The translations under genes were made by a program, and so were the position numbers. The notes under the pieces were generated by a model. That model searched no databases. It saw only the letters and a list, made by a program, of their open reading frames with translations, and was not told the origin of the DNA. DNA of 64,000 nt from the human T2T-CHM13v2.0 reference genome, Homo sapiens: NCBI RefSeq assembly GCF_009914755.1, contig NC_060932.1; one strand, 5' to 3'. Position 1 is the first letter of the stretch. Every line of letters starts with the position of its first letter. Of this stretch, positions 45,447-59,695 are shown one piece after another.

Positions 45447-46101
45447 TGTTCCCGGAACAAACTGAGGGTTGGGCTGCTATTTCTCGTGGCCCAATAACAA
45501 GATGCAGATGAACAGGGGAGGAAGAGAGTTTTTATTTCTGCCACCAGTTACAAGGAGAAGGCCTGGAAATTATCGCTAGACCAACTCAAAATTACAAAGT
45601 TTTCCAGGGCTTATACACGTTCTAAACTCTCTGTCTAACTGTAAGTATGCATTCATCTAAACAAATAAGTGATTAATTTCTTTTAATCTATAACTAAGCT
45701 CTGAGTCCTGAAGACCTTCCTCTGGAGCCTCAGTAAATTTACTTAAATTCAGTGGGTCCAGGTGCTGGGGTGATTACCCTTATCTCGTCTCCTGTTAAAT
45801 CACGGAGGTTTGGGGAGCTCTTTTGGACCCCTAATAAACTTGTTTGCAGAGGCCTGGGGAGTTTCTTCAGACCCCCAATAAAACTTGTTTAATCCTAAAT
45901 GGGTCCTGTTAAGAATTCCTTCATTATCTTCTCATGCTTTAAGGCCCACGAAAGGCCTATGCAAGACTCTTGGTGGGCTTTTGTTACATTCCAGCCTTTG
46001 TATAAGGGCACTGGCTCTCTCAGCTTTTAATATTTAACCACTCAGTCAGTGCTGAAACAGTTGCTATGGAGGCCTATGTTAGTGAGACCTGGCCTGCCAC
46101 A
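45447..46101 (-). mobile_element. ERV1 solo LTR (LTR15-like)
   Basis: 655 bp, TG...CA; minus strand begins TGTGGCAGGCCAGGTCTCACTAAC; 4-bp TSD gaag at 45443-45446 and 46102-46105. Confidence 0.85.
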
Positions 46102-48037
46102 GAAGGGCTATTTAATACAGATCATGTATGCCAGCATCATGAACCTCTGTCACCTACAATCTCCTGACTAAAGGATGTGGGGTGGGTTTGGGTATGCCCC
46201 CACCTGCACAGTAAGGTGTACTGATCCTCATTGTTCATTTTCCTAATGCCCATCTTATTTAAAATTACTGTTCATGCCTTTAGTGATATTTGTATATAAG
46301 AAAGCATCAAGTTATACCCTAGGGAATCTGTTTGGCATTGAAGGAAAAATCTTGACTTTGATGGCAGATGGAAGTTAATTTGGTGGTCACCTCTCAGCTC
46401 CTTGTGAATACTTTCCACATTATAAAGTCTGCTCACAGAGAATGAGCATCCATGGGGCATACCCAGGGGCACAAATGTCTACAAATGGGGTGGCTGTGAT
46501 GTCTCAGATCAAGACCAAGGTGTCTGCCAGAATCCTGGGGAAAGGCTTCGTGGCGACTGCCAACATGCGGCTGCCTCCAGCCGGTGCCATTCGTCCTGCA
46601 CATCAGTGAATATTTGGCCATTTACAATGGAACAGTAAATATGGAATAGCACAATTATTATTCAGAGCACAGATTTATCCTACAAATGGATTTCTCTTGA
46701 TTGCGTAACATTTAACAGGGAATATAGTTTCTGGAGAAATCAAATTCCCCTTTCCATTGTCCATTTCAATTTATCCAAAGCTATAATGTGCTATTGGCTA
46801 TTTAAGACAAAAAAAAGAGGTATTTTTGAATATGAATCACTCATTTCCCTGTTTAAGCTACTGTCACATGATTTCCCAGGTAGGAGATGAATGACGAATA
46901 CCAGGCAGAATCCCTAACAAAGAGTGTCCTGAAGGAAAGAGTAGAGAGCCACAAGAATTATAATAATCCCTCATTTCTACCAGTTGGAGGATGAGAATGT
47001 ATTTCAAGTGCTCATAAACTGACATAATTTCATTTGGAATTGCCTTTTAATCAAAAAAGAAGAGTATCTTTTTATGTGTTCATTCTGATCCATAGTATCG
47101 CATGATCATCCTTAAACAGGAACTCAATGAAGTACTTTAATCTGTGCATCGCACACTAAAAGGTTCATTGGGTTTTTTTGCCTGAAGCAAGCAGAATAAA
47201 AAGAACAGAGAGAAATTCAGCTGAGGTCATATTGGGAATACTCCTTTACAAGGAAGGAAAATGAAAAATCAAGTACATAACGGGAAATAAACCTTGATGA
47301 GGAAATTATAGCAGATGAAAGCTGATCATCTACAGCAAACAGGGCAAAGGTGGTTCCAAAAGCAGATGTACAATTAAATAAGCAAGGCTCAGAGATATTG
47401 ACCCACAGCCTGGCTGGACTGCAGCTTGGCTCCTTACACACAGTGGGCATTCCTTTGTCTGATTTGATGAAAGTCTCACTTAACCTCAACCGATTAATAT
47501 GCCTCTGGCCCTGAAATTATGTATCTCGATTATCAAGCCACTGGAGACCTGAGGCTTATTTCTACATTTTTCTCTTAGCTATTTTGATAACAAGCGCCAA
47601 GGATTTATACAGAAAGTTTTGTCAAAACTATTCTCAGTCTCAGAAAATGTACAGTGTTTGCTATGTGTGTATTTAATACAAGGCTACAAAATGACTTTCA
47701 AAGCCCGATGCAACAAGATAAAAGCAGTTCTTACTTCACATATGTGGAGGGAACAGGATTTTACTATAGGAATTTATTCATACTAATCTCTTAAAAATGT
47801 AGATTGTCAGTGAAAAAAAAATGTAATGAATACCCAGGTGCCAAATCCTGTGAGCACTGGGAAGTGTGGTTTTATGTGCCCCCAGGGGCTGTTGATCCCA
47901 TTGCGGGTGGTTCTGAGAGCACACAAAAGAAACCCACCACTGGAGGCAGCCCCGATGAGAAGCCTGCCCAAGGGCAGGGGAAAAGCCATGGCTTCTGGCT
48001 GAAGGTAATAAAAAAGGCTTCCCTGAGAATGAGCTAG

Positions 48038-48360
<323 letters not shown>

Positions 48361-48457
48361 AAAAGTCAAGTCGTTTCTGACAGGTCATTTTTAACAAGTA
48401 GTTTTTAGAGAAGTAGGAGAAGGCAATATTTGTTCATTCAGCATTTAAAAAAAAATA

Positions 48458-48570
48458 TTTTTTAGAGATGCGGTCTCACCAGGTGGCCTATACTGGCCTC
48501 AAACTCCTGGCCTCACGGGATCCTCCTGCCTGAGACTGGGATTACAGGTGTGAGCCTAGGCACCCTGCAC
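48458..48570 (-). mobile_element. FLAM / Alu left monomer
   Basis: tagagatgcggtctcaccaggtggcc...ctgggattacaggtgtgagcc. Confidence 0.8.
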
Positions 48571-48839
48571 TGCAAACAGTTATTAAATGCTTACTCTGCA
48601 TAAGTTACTAGAGAATACAAGAGAGAACACAGGGAATGATGAAAGTTCCACCATTCAGGCTGGCCTCTAACATCTCTAGAGTCTGAACAAAAGGACAAAT
48701 GGGCCCCATCCATCTAAACAGTGAAATCTAGTAAATTAAACTGTAAATAAAATATGTTCTATTCTCCTATCTTGAGAAGCATACCTTCATAATGATAAAA
48801 TGTTAAAATGGTAGAGTCATGGTCATATATTTATGATGA

Positions 48840-49148
<309 letters not shown>

Positions 49149-49481
49149 TATTACCCAGTTTTGAGATGTCCTTATGATGTGCTGTGATGGTAGATGAATA
49201 AGAAAATCAAGACACACATAACTCATAAATGTTCATCTATATATTTCATAAAATTTATCTTTTACCTTTTTATTAACAAAATCACTAATTGTGTGTTCAC
49301 AGTCAAAATTTTCCATGTAATTTTCTTCTGTTGAGGGTAATGCTAAAATTAGGGCATCTTTCTTGAGTCACTGTAGTTTATTTCAGTATAGAGAAATTTC
49401 ACTCTGCTAAGTCAGCAGCAACTGTCAATAAAATTATTTTTAGGCGATATTTAGACTCAGAAAAAATAGATTTTCCATATA

Positions 49482-49529
49482 TTAGGTTGGTGCAAAAGTA
49501 ATTGCGGTTTTTGCTATTGCTTTCAATGG
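49482..49529 (+). mobile_element. MADE1 (Hsmar1 MITE), one arm only
   Basis: TA then ttaggttggtgcaaaagtaattgcggtttttgc, the Hsmar1 TIR; second TIR absent. Confidence 0.85.
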
Positions 49530-49669
49530 AATTAGAAATTCTAAGGACAGGTTGCAAATAAAATTATCATTATCCTAGGATAAAACTACAATATTTTTTA
49601 AATGTATCATATACATGAGTATCACATGTATTATAAATTACACCATCTCTTAAAAAAAATCTGAATTCA

Positions 49670-49996
49670 ACCGGGTGCAGTGGCTCACCCCTGTCATCCC
49701 AGCACTTTGGGAGGCCAAGGTGGGCAGATCACTTAAGGTCAGGAGTTCGAGACCATCCTGGGCAACAAGGCAAAATACCATCTCTGCAAAACATACAAAT
49801 ATTAGCTGGGCAAGGTGGTGCGCCGGCAGTCTCTGCTACTCATGAGGCTGAGGTGGGAGAATGGCTTCAGCTCAGCAGGCAGAAGTTGCAGTGAGTCCAG
49901 ATAGCATGATTGCACTACAGACTGGGTGACACAGTGAGACCCCATCACAGAAAAAAAAAAAAAAAGAAAGAAAGAGAAAGAGAGAAAGAAAAAGAA
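49670..49996 (+). mobile_element. Alu (AluJ-like) with GA-rich tail
   Basis: Diverged full dimer. Confidence 0.92.
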
Positions 49997-52029
49997 ATGC
50001 CTGAACCCACACAATACTTATAAATTTTTTCAAATTTTTCTTTGCTGAAATATTTCATAGAAAACCTATGATTAAGACATCTCAGTATATAATGGTGAGA
50101 AAATAGTATCTATATACATTAGTTTTGGAATTATTTGTACAGGAAGCTTCATAGTAATGCAAATATTTCCATTTCCTTTTTCTAATGTCCTTATATTTTA
50201 CAGCTATGTTACTTTAGATGTATCACATGAAATATCTTTCAATTTAGAAAAAAACTTTAAAAATTATTTTATTGTAATTTTTTCTCTCACTTCATTATGC
50301 ATTAAAAGATAATTTCATTTTTATTTTGCCATTCTAGATAGTTTTAATTTGTTTTTTTTTAATCTGTACTACATGTTCAGACATTCTAGCTTCAAATTCC
50401 AAAATCATGTCTTCTAGACTTAGAAACTATCCACTCTTCTCAAGAAATGTTGGATAGTCAGTGTCAAAAGAAGCATCATTATGTTTGGCTAAAAAGTGGA
50501 TATTCGTATGTTTAGAACATCATACCAAAGTTTTATATTGGTGATTACTTCTTTTTGTCAAATAGTACTAATTGTTTTGCTATTTGTTCATAATTTTTCA
50601 GTTCTAGTCATTGTATCAGGTATACTTTTCTCTGATAGTGATTTTTTTTTAATATTCACTTAATCAAGAACCTAAGTGTTTCCATCACAAATAACTTCAT
50701 TGCCCAGAGGTGGTCTTGAAGATTGGCTATAAAACATGTAACAGTAGTAACAAGGATATACTATCTTTGAACTTAAAATAAGGGTCAATTCCTCTAGACT
50801 TGTTTTCCATCCAGTGAAAAATTGCAGTCATTATTCTGAATCAGATTGTTTTCTAAAAGAAAACCTCCTGACATCGAGGATTGAAAGGCACCCTCCAGGA
50901 TCAGCTTCTGTAAGACAGCAGGCTCCGCAGTGCCCATCATCTGCACCCGTGGCTGGTTCTGGGAGGACAGCGTTCCTTGTCTATCAGCTGGCCCAGCTGC
51001 CTTTGCTGCTTCTAAGCTGGGAATTAGATGGGAACACTTTTGTGATTTATTCTTGTGATTTTGATCAGTATTTCAACCTTTGCTTAGTAAAAAATATAAA
51101 CTTTCATGGAGTTTATCATACCTGATTACCTGGGATATGACGAGAAAAATTTTCTTGCTCATCTCCATTGTTATGGCCAGTAGCAAAAGTCTAAATCATC
51201 TGCAATGTCCAATTGGCTTGTTTTTATTACTTTGATCAGTAACTAAATCTGGAAAATGTGTTTTGTACTCTTTGCAAATTTTATATGGGTCATGCTTGAC
51301 AGAAGCCTACTCTTTCTTTCATTGTTTCAGGAATTTAAAAATGTAAGCAGATTGCCTCTGAATGTCTTTGGTTTTTTTCTGCTGCTTCCGCCCCTTTTCT
51401 GAGCTCTATTTTTGTCTTCTATTTCTAGCCCCATCTTGACATGAACTTATTCTAAGTGATCTAAAGAAATTTAAAAAATGTAATTGTATCCAAAGACTAC
51501 AAAATTAGAATATATTCTCATGAAAATACCAATTAAATATAAAAAACTGAACATATTTTTCATGTACTTTGAAAAGTTTTTTTAATAATATAAACTACCT
51601 TAAAATTAAAGGCAAATGTAAATAATAATGTCAAATTTTAAATTAAATGTATTGAAATTCAACTAAAATCTTTTTCTTATGAAGATTTAATTACATCTTA
51701 TTAAATATTTTTACAAAAGTAAAGCTATTTGTAATTAAACTTTCAAGGTCTTCCTAGTCACCAGTGGAGTCACCACCTCACACGTATTATAGCTAAACAT
51801 ACATATATATGAATGTAAGAATATTGTGAATTTAATAATAAGATGAATTGTCTAATATTCCTTAGCCACCATGTGCAAGTATCACAAATTCCATGCTAAT
51901 GTATGAGTAATTCCCGACCATATTTGGTTCATAAAGAAATGCAAGGAAATAGATGTTCAACACTACATGGAAAAAATACTTTGCAACAATTAGAATGCTA
52001 TTTCAAGCTGAGGGAAGGGATTTGACAAG

Positions 52030-52397
52030 TGATATGGTTAAGCTTTGTGTCCCACCCAAATCTCATCTTGAATTATAATCCCCATAATCCCCATGTGTCA
52101 AGGGCGAGACGTACTGGAGATAATTGGATCATGGTAGTGGTTTTCCTTATGCTGTTCTTGTGATAGTGAGTTTTCACGAGATCTGATGGTTTTATAAACG
52201 TTTGGTAGTTCCTCCCAGATGCATTCTCCTTCCTGCCACCTTGTGAAGAAGGTGCCTTCCCTTCACCTTCTGCCATGACTGTAAGTTTCTGAGGCCTCCC
52301 CAGTCATGCAGAACTGTGAGTCAATTAAACCTCTTTCCTTTATAAATCACCCAGTCTCAGGCAGGTCTCTACAGAAGTGTAAAAATGGACTCATACA
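52030..52397 (+). mobile_element. THE1 (THE1D-like) solo LTR
   Basis: tgatatggttaagctttgtgtcccacccaaatctc ... aaaatggactcataca. Confidence 0.9.
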
Positions 52398-54381
52398 GCC
52401 AGTTAATGTGCTTGTGCTTTCTCTTACCTACAAATTTCCACAGCTCTAATCCTCCCTGAGCAACAAAGCAGTGACTCTCTCCAGTGTTGCCACTGCTACT
52501 ACCTATGAATATTGGCAGATTTGGAAACTCAGTATCACCTTTTGTTTTGAGGACAAAGAGCAAGACATGGGGAGAAGCATTTCCTGGGGCTGGAATAGAA
52601 TGGACCATGAGAATAGGAGTCAGGGTTTCAGGGTGCTCTGTGCCAGCACTGAGTACTGGACCTGATGTACAGAGGCTCCCAGGGGTTCTTTGTTTGCCCC
52701 CGCATTGGTTGAAGAAGGTACCTCATCTACTCAGTCTTGTGATGCTCTCCCACAGCCACTAAGCTCTAGCCAACCTCACTGCCCTCTTTCAGTCTCTGTC
52801 CAAATTTATTCCTGTCTTAGAATTCACATCTCTGCTTGGCTGCCTCTTCTATCTGAAAGCGTCAATTTAAATGCCACCTTCTCTGGCAGGCCAGCCCTGA
52901 TGAAGTTTCTAAATAAGTTCATCCCCCACCACCAGTGCCCCCTCACTGCACTCCGCTTCCTGCATAGGACGTCTCAGAATTTGCACTCTGTATTTAATCA
53001 TTTTCTCTTGATTATCTATGTCCCCGATTTGAGTGTGAGAGCCACAGGGAGGGCCATGAAGCACTCTGACCAGCACAAAATAGGCACGCCCTAAATACTG
53101 GAGGGAGAGAGAGAGTAGGAGAGCAGAGAATCCTCCTCAGGCAAGAATGACTGATGGATTAGTTCTCCATTTAAAAATACTTCCAGAGATGACCATTCCT
53201 TTGTCATGCTTTAACAGCTGTGCTGCAAGAAACTAAATAGCAATAAGCAAGAAGAACACAAATTACATTGTTCTTATACTTGACTGAACGTCAAAGGAGC
53301 CAAGTTCCCCACCTGCTCCAGTTTCCTAGACAGATGTCTGAACATTTAATTTAACGTGGGTCTTCATTTCCTGCCCAGTGAAATATCTTGCTTGGTGACA
53401 GGGTTGTTACAAGGATGAATTGGCCAAGGCAATGCCCTCAGGGCACCTAACAGTCCTCAGTAAATCCTGCTGACCTCAGCCGCCCCAAAAGTTCAGGTGC
53501 TGTTTCTTGAGGGTCCACTTAAGGCCCCTCTCTAACTTCTCTATCAGTTCTGAGGCTACTCTTCTCCAGGTAAAGGAAGAAACTCGAATTCCCTAATAAT
53601 TAGCTCAGAACCCAAGCTACCCTTGTTGGAATTTATATTTTATAAACAAAAATGTATTTTCATATGTTAAAACTCGGAAGTCCATCAAAAACTGATTCTC
53701 TGTCAAGACTAATTTGGAAATCTCTCATTCTTAACAAGTTTAAAGAGTAAAAGTATATATTAATACTTACACAAGTACAAGTTAAGTTTCACACTTGATT
53801 GCCTAACTCCACATTCTAGCTGGTGTTTAGTCTAAGATGCTAGACCAGTAGGAAGGAATAAGAGAGTTAGTGAGGTTAGTAAAGCTCACAAAGTAGTATG
53901 GTTTACTAGGCTTAATTAAAAAAAAAAAAGCTATTGTGAAATTACAATGAGTAGCATTGTGTTCTAAATAAATATTCAGAGCACAGAAATAAAATGAATC
54001 CTCCCTTGGAAATTTGTCAGAGTGTGAGACAAACATGTACACTGACTTACTCATTTACTCAAATGCAAATTTTGCTGTTTGATGAAGTGCTTGAACTTTC
54101 TAACTCCATGTATGTATTGCAATGAGATTTAGATCACCTTCTATTTGAATAGCACATCATTTATAAAGCAGTTTTTAAAATAATATGAACTGGTGGCATT
54201 TTAAAACTTTAGCATTTAACATCCACTATTTGTACCAGCAAAGAGTGCCCATAGTCATAATCATGCGTGCACATTGGGATTCCAAAGTAACTTTGAAATT
54301 CCCTTTGTCTCTTTATAACAGTAATACTTGTGTGCTTTAGTTCATGGTGAAATCCCTGTTCCCAGCCAGGTTCATGGTTAG

Positions 54382-54741
<360 letters not shown>

Positions 54742-54884
54742 TGAAATCACTTAAACTGTTTAGTATCTCCTTGAACTGAATGAGAGGCATTACTTGATAT
54801 TTACAAACAGCAGGGTTCTCCAAAATCCCATGGCATTTGCTGAGAATGTATTATGAAGAACATTTCCTAGAAGCTAACAGCTCT

Positions 54885-55050
54885 CTTCCTGATACTTGCT
54901 AACCTGATGGCTTTGGTTTTACTCATCTGTAAAACGGGATGAGAAATAATTTCTGCTATAAGGGATTATTTTGAGGATTAAATGAGACTGTATTCATGAA
55001 TTTCTTAGCTCATATCCAGTGCTCAATAACTGTCAGCCATTATTTTATTA
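54885..55050. mobile_element. MIR
   Basis: ctcatctgtaaaacgggat...tgaggattaaatgaga...gtgctcaataac. Confidence 0.7.
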
Positions 55051-55679
55051 TTACCCCTGATAAATATTAAGGCTATGCCTCACCGTATTTATGTATGCAT
55101 ATACAAACATGTATAATATGCATATATAACGTATATTTACAACAAAAAGCTAAGATTTAAAGCTCTTAATAGATTTGCTCATGTCAGAGTTAAAATTTAA
55201 ACCAGGGTTTTCTGGTATTCTTTTTCAAAATGTACTTCCACCTGTGATGACTGTACTTACCTTATCTGAAATATTTCACTTACTTTAGTGCCTCTAAAGT
55301 TTGTTGTCTGAGAAAAGGTATTCCAAAGATGCTTAGTGAAAAAAATAAATATAACAGAAAATTTCACCTTATTTAAATCATTTCACTTGCTAGATTAAAA
55401 TTCTCTTTTAAACCTAACACTCATAATGTATTGCATGCCCACACACTAATTTTTAAATAAGTGTGCATTTTTTGGAAGCTGTGAAATGTTTCTATACTCT
55501 GCAGAGCAACTGGAAGATACAGAATCTTAGAGTGTAGGATTAACAGAGAACATGGGAAATAAAAGTAAAGCATATCTGAGAATAAAACAATGAGTAAATA
55601 GGACTCTGCTTTTAAGATTTATTTCTGTATAACTTCAAAGGCATACATCCATTGAATAAATGAGCTGGAAGAAATGAGG

Positions 55680-56422
55680 ACTAGAGCTCTGATTTTTTTT
55701 ATCTTGCCTAAATTCTTATCTAAGGGGCCTGGGGAGTCATGCCCTACAAACCATAAATTCTCACCAGATACATATTGTGACTTACTTTTCAATCTGCCTC
55801 TGGCATAACATTATGAGACAAGGAAAAAATATTTAACCCCAAAATATATTTCCTTGCCATACCTTGAAATTATCCTGCAAAGTCTCTTGTGGGAAAAATC
55901 CACATTCTATAGAGAATCCCCTTCCCCCTTTGTATTCCTTCCTTCCTTCCTAGATCCAGGAGATAATCAACTAAGAGCCAGGCAAGCTTTTAAGTCCAAT
56001 AAGAAACAGTTCACAACCTGCTGCTCTCTCTGAAGTCTGCTATCTGAGAGCTTCCTCTGCACAATAAAACATGGTCTCCACAATCCTTTATCTTTAACCT
56101 GAACATTCCTTTCTATTGATCCCAGGTCTTTAGACAAACTCAACTAATTGTCAACCAGACAATATTTAAATTTACCTATAGCCTGAAAGCTCCCACTTTG
56201 AGTTGTCCCACCTTTCTGAACCAAACCAATGTATTTATTAAATGTATTTGATTGATGTCTCATGTCTTCCTAAGATATATGCAACAAAGAGGTACCCCGA
56301 CCACCTTGGGCACATGTTCTCAGGACCTCCCGAGGGCTGTGTCACGGGCCATCGTCACTCATATTTGGCTCAGAATAAATCACTTAAAATCATTTTACAG
56401 AGTTTGACTCTTTTCATCACCA
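55680..56422 (+). mobile_element. MER4-family LTR (5' boundary uncertain)
   Basis: tctaaggggcctggggagtcatgccctacaaaccataaattctca ... tggctcagaataaa...tttacagagtttgactcttttc. Confidence 0.85.
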
Positions 56423-56493
56423 GAAGCTATATAGATAATCAACCCCAGTCTCTCATCTTTCAAATGAGAAAACAAGCCAAAGGGAAAAAAGAA

Positions 56494-56826
56494 GTATAAC
56501 AGCTTTCTTGAGATATACTTTGCATAAAATTTATCTATTTAAAATGTACAATTCAGTGGTTTCTAGCATATTGACATAGTTGTACAACCATCACCACCAC
56601 CTAAGTTTAGAATATTTCCAACACCCCATAAAGAAACTCCATATCCATTAGCAGTAATTCCCCCATTATCCCTTATACCCAGCCCCAGAAAATCACTAAC
56701 CTGCTTTTCTGTCTCTGTCATTTGTCTATTCCAGATATTTATATAAATGATATCATAGAATATGCAGCGTTTTGTGACTGGCTTCTTTCACTTAGCAAAA
56801 ATGTTTTCAAATATCATCCATGTTGT
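56494..56826 (-). mobile_element. L1MB-like 3' end (continues after 57373)
   Basis: Reverse L1M 3'UTR ending ttttcaaatatcatccatgttgt; resumes atccatgttgtagcatg at 57363. Confidence 0.8.
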
Positions 56827-57360
56827 CGTGCATGTATATATATAAGAAACCTGCACATTGTGCACATGTACCCTAGAACTTAAAGTATTAAAAAAAAAAA
56901 AAAGAACCAAAATGGCGGAGTATGACCTTCCTGGGGCATTCAACTGGAAAAGGGACGAAGCCCCAGGCAAGCAAGCGCCAGACTCCAGTAAACACACTGT
57001 GCATGCTCACCTCCCAGGTGTCAGTAGGCCACTGCACATGCTGGCAGGTCACCCTAAGGGAAGAATCAAGGAAAAAGGGACGCAGGACCCCAGAAGTATG
57101 CCAACATATAGCACCCTAAGTCAAAGGTCAAATGCCGCACTTGACCTCCAGGATGCCCACTTGGGCCTCTTCCAAGTGTACTTTCCTTTCTTTCGTTCCC
57201 GCTCTAAAGCTTTTTAATAAACTTCCATTCCTGCTCTGAAAAAAAAAATTTATTCCTGAATATTTTATACTTTTATGCTATTATGAATGAAATTTTCTAA
57301 TTGTTCACCACAAGTACATACAAATAAAATTGCTTTGTGTATATTGACCTCCAAAAAAAA
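56827..57360 (+). mobile_element. L1PA 3' stub plus transduced MER50-like LTR piece and L1M piece, three A-tracts
   Basis: L1PA end aaacctgcacattgtgcacatgtaccctagaacttaaagta + A14 (56890-56903); LTR fragment ending AATAAA + A10 (57239-57248); ~105 bp ending AATAAA + A8 (57353-57360); flanked by duplicated atccatgttgt. Confidence 0.8.
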
Positions 57361-58699
57361 TTATCCATGTTGTAGCATGAATTAATACGTACTACTTTTT
57401 ATTGCCAAATCATATTTCCTCCTCTTCAATTTTTTGGAAAAATCTGTGAAGAATTGTTAATTATCCTTTAAATGTATGGTAGAATTCTTCAGCGAAGTCA
57501 CCTGGACCTGGGATATAGCTATGAGAATTTTTAAAATTACTAATTTAATCCCTTTACTTGTTATAGATATATCCACTCAGATTTTCTAATACTTCTTAAG
57601 TCTGTTTTGGTAGTTTGTGCCTTTCTAGGAATTTGTTCATCTCATCTCGATTATCTAATTTGTTCATCATATTGCCTTATAATCCCTTTTATTTCTATAA
57701 TTTCAGAAATAATGTCCTCTCTTTATTCCTGACTCTAGTAATTTGTAGTAATTTGAGTCTTTTCTCTATCTCCTTTTTGGTCTAGCTAAAGATTTGTCAA
57801 TTTTTTGACCTTTTTAAAGAGCAAGCTTTTTTGGTTTTGTTGATTTTGTCTATTTTTCTCTAGTCTCTACTTCATTTATTTCAGCTTTGAACTTTATGAT
57901 TTCTTTCATTCTGCTTGCTTTGGGTTCAGTTTGCCTTTCTTTTTCTAGTTTTTTTTTTTTAAGTGAAAGTTTATTTATTTGATGTCTTTTTTTTTTAATA
58001 TGGGCATTTACAACTCCAAATATCTCTCTGGCCATGACTGCAGCTCCACCCTATAAGTGTTGTTATGTTTTTACTTTCATTCATCTTAAAGTATTTTCTA
58101 ATTTCCATTAATATTTCTTCTCTGAATCATTGTTTATTTAGATGTGTTTTGCTTAATTTCCACATAATTGTTAATTCCCCCATTTACCTTCTATTATTGA
58201 TTTCAAATTCTATTCCAGGTAGTTAGAGATCATACTTTACATTTGTATTATTTCAGTCCTTTTTAATTTAGTGAGGCTTGTTATATGGGCTACCATATGA
58301 ACTATCCTAGAGCATGTTTTATGTGCACTGAGAAAAATGTGTACCCTGCTGTAGCTGAATGGTGCATTACATAGATGTCTGTTAGGTCTAGCTGCGTTAT
58401 GGTGTTGTTCAAGTTTTCTATTTACTTGATCTTCTGCTTAGTTACTCTATCCATTATTGAAGTATTGAAGTTTCCAACTATTACTGTTGAATTGTCTTCA
58501 GTTTAATCTGTTTTTGTTGCATGTGTTTTGGGGCTCTGTTATTGAGTGCATATATAATTATTGTGTCTTTCTGATGAACTAACCATTTCATTATTTTAAA
58601 ACAGTCTCCTTTGTCTCTAGCATAAATTTGTCTTCAATTGTATGTTGTCTGATATTACTACAGCCACTACAGTTCTCTGTTGGTTACTACTTGCACGGT

Positions 58700-59059
58700 T
58701 GATATGGTTTGGCTGTGTCTCACCCAAATCTCATCTTGAATTGTAGCTCCCATAATTCCCACATGTTGTGGGAGGGACCCAGTGGGAGATAATTGAACCA
58801 TGGGGGCGGTTTCCCCCTTACTGTTCTCGTGGTAGTTAATAAGTCTCATGAGATCTGATGGTCTTATAAGGTGAAATCCCTTTGGCTTGGATCTCATTCT
58901 CTTTGCCTGCCACCATGTAAGACATGCTTTTCACCTTCTGACATGATTATGAGGCCTCCCCAGCCACGCAGAACTGTGAGTCCATTAAATCTCTTTTTGT
59001 TTATAAATTACCCAGTCTCGGGTATGTCTTTATCAGCAGCATGAAAACTGACTAATACA
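58700..59059 (+). mobile_element. THE1 (THE1B/C-like) solo LTR
   Basis: tgatatggtttggctgtgtc ... aaaactgactaataca. Confidence 0.92.
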
Positions 59060-59375
59060 ACACTATTTCATTCTTTTCCTTTCAACTTATTTGTGTCTTT
59101 GAAGCCAAAGTGTGTCTCATTAATACAATATAGTTGGTTCATGCTTTTTAATGCATTCTGCCAATCTCTGCCTTTTAATTAAATGTTTAATCCATTTGTA
59201 TTACTAATTAACACAACTATTAATAAGGTGGAATTATATTAATTTGTATCATATTTCATTAATATTATTATAAATAAAGATAAGGTGGGATTTACATCTT
59301 CCATTTACTTTTTGTTTTCTATATTTATATCTTTTTGTTCCTCTATTTCTCCATTACTGCCTACTTCTTTGTTAA

Positions 59376-59695
<320 letters not shown>

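Noticed and set aside
46986-47093. Possible C/D-box snoRNA (tgg-AGGATGA ... CTGA-tcca)
   Set aside because: Box C is imperfect, no C'/D' boxes or rRNA antisense element recognised, and such motifs arise by chance; would need an Infernal/snoscan hit.
47074-47095. Minus-strand ATG GAT CAG AAT GAA CAC (MDQNEH), like the GIMAP2 N-terminus
   Set aside because: Similarity stops after six codons and the frame closes soon after; coincidence.
49482-49529. miR-548-type hairpin from MADE1
   Set aside because: Only one TIR arm is present, so no hairpin can form.
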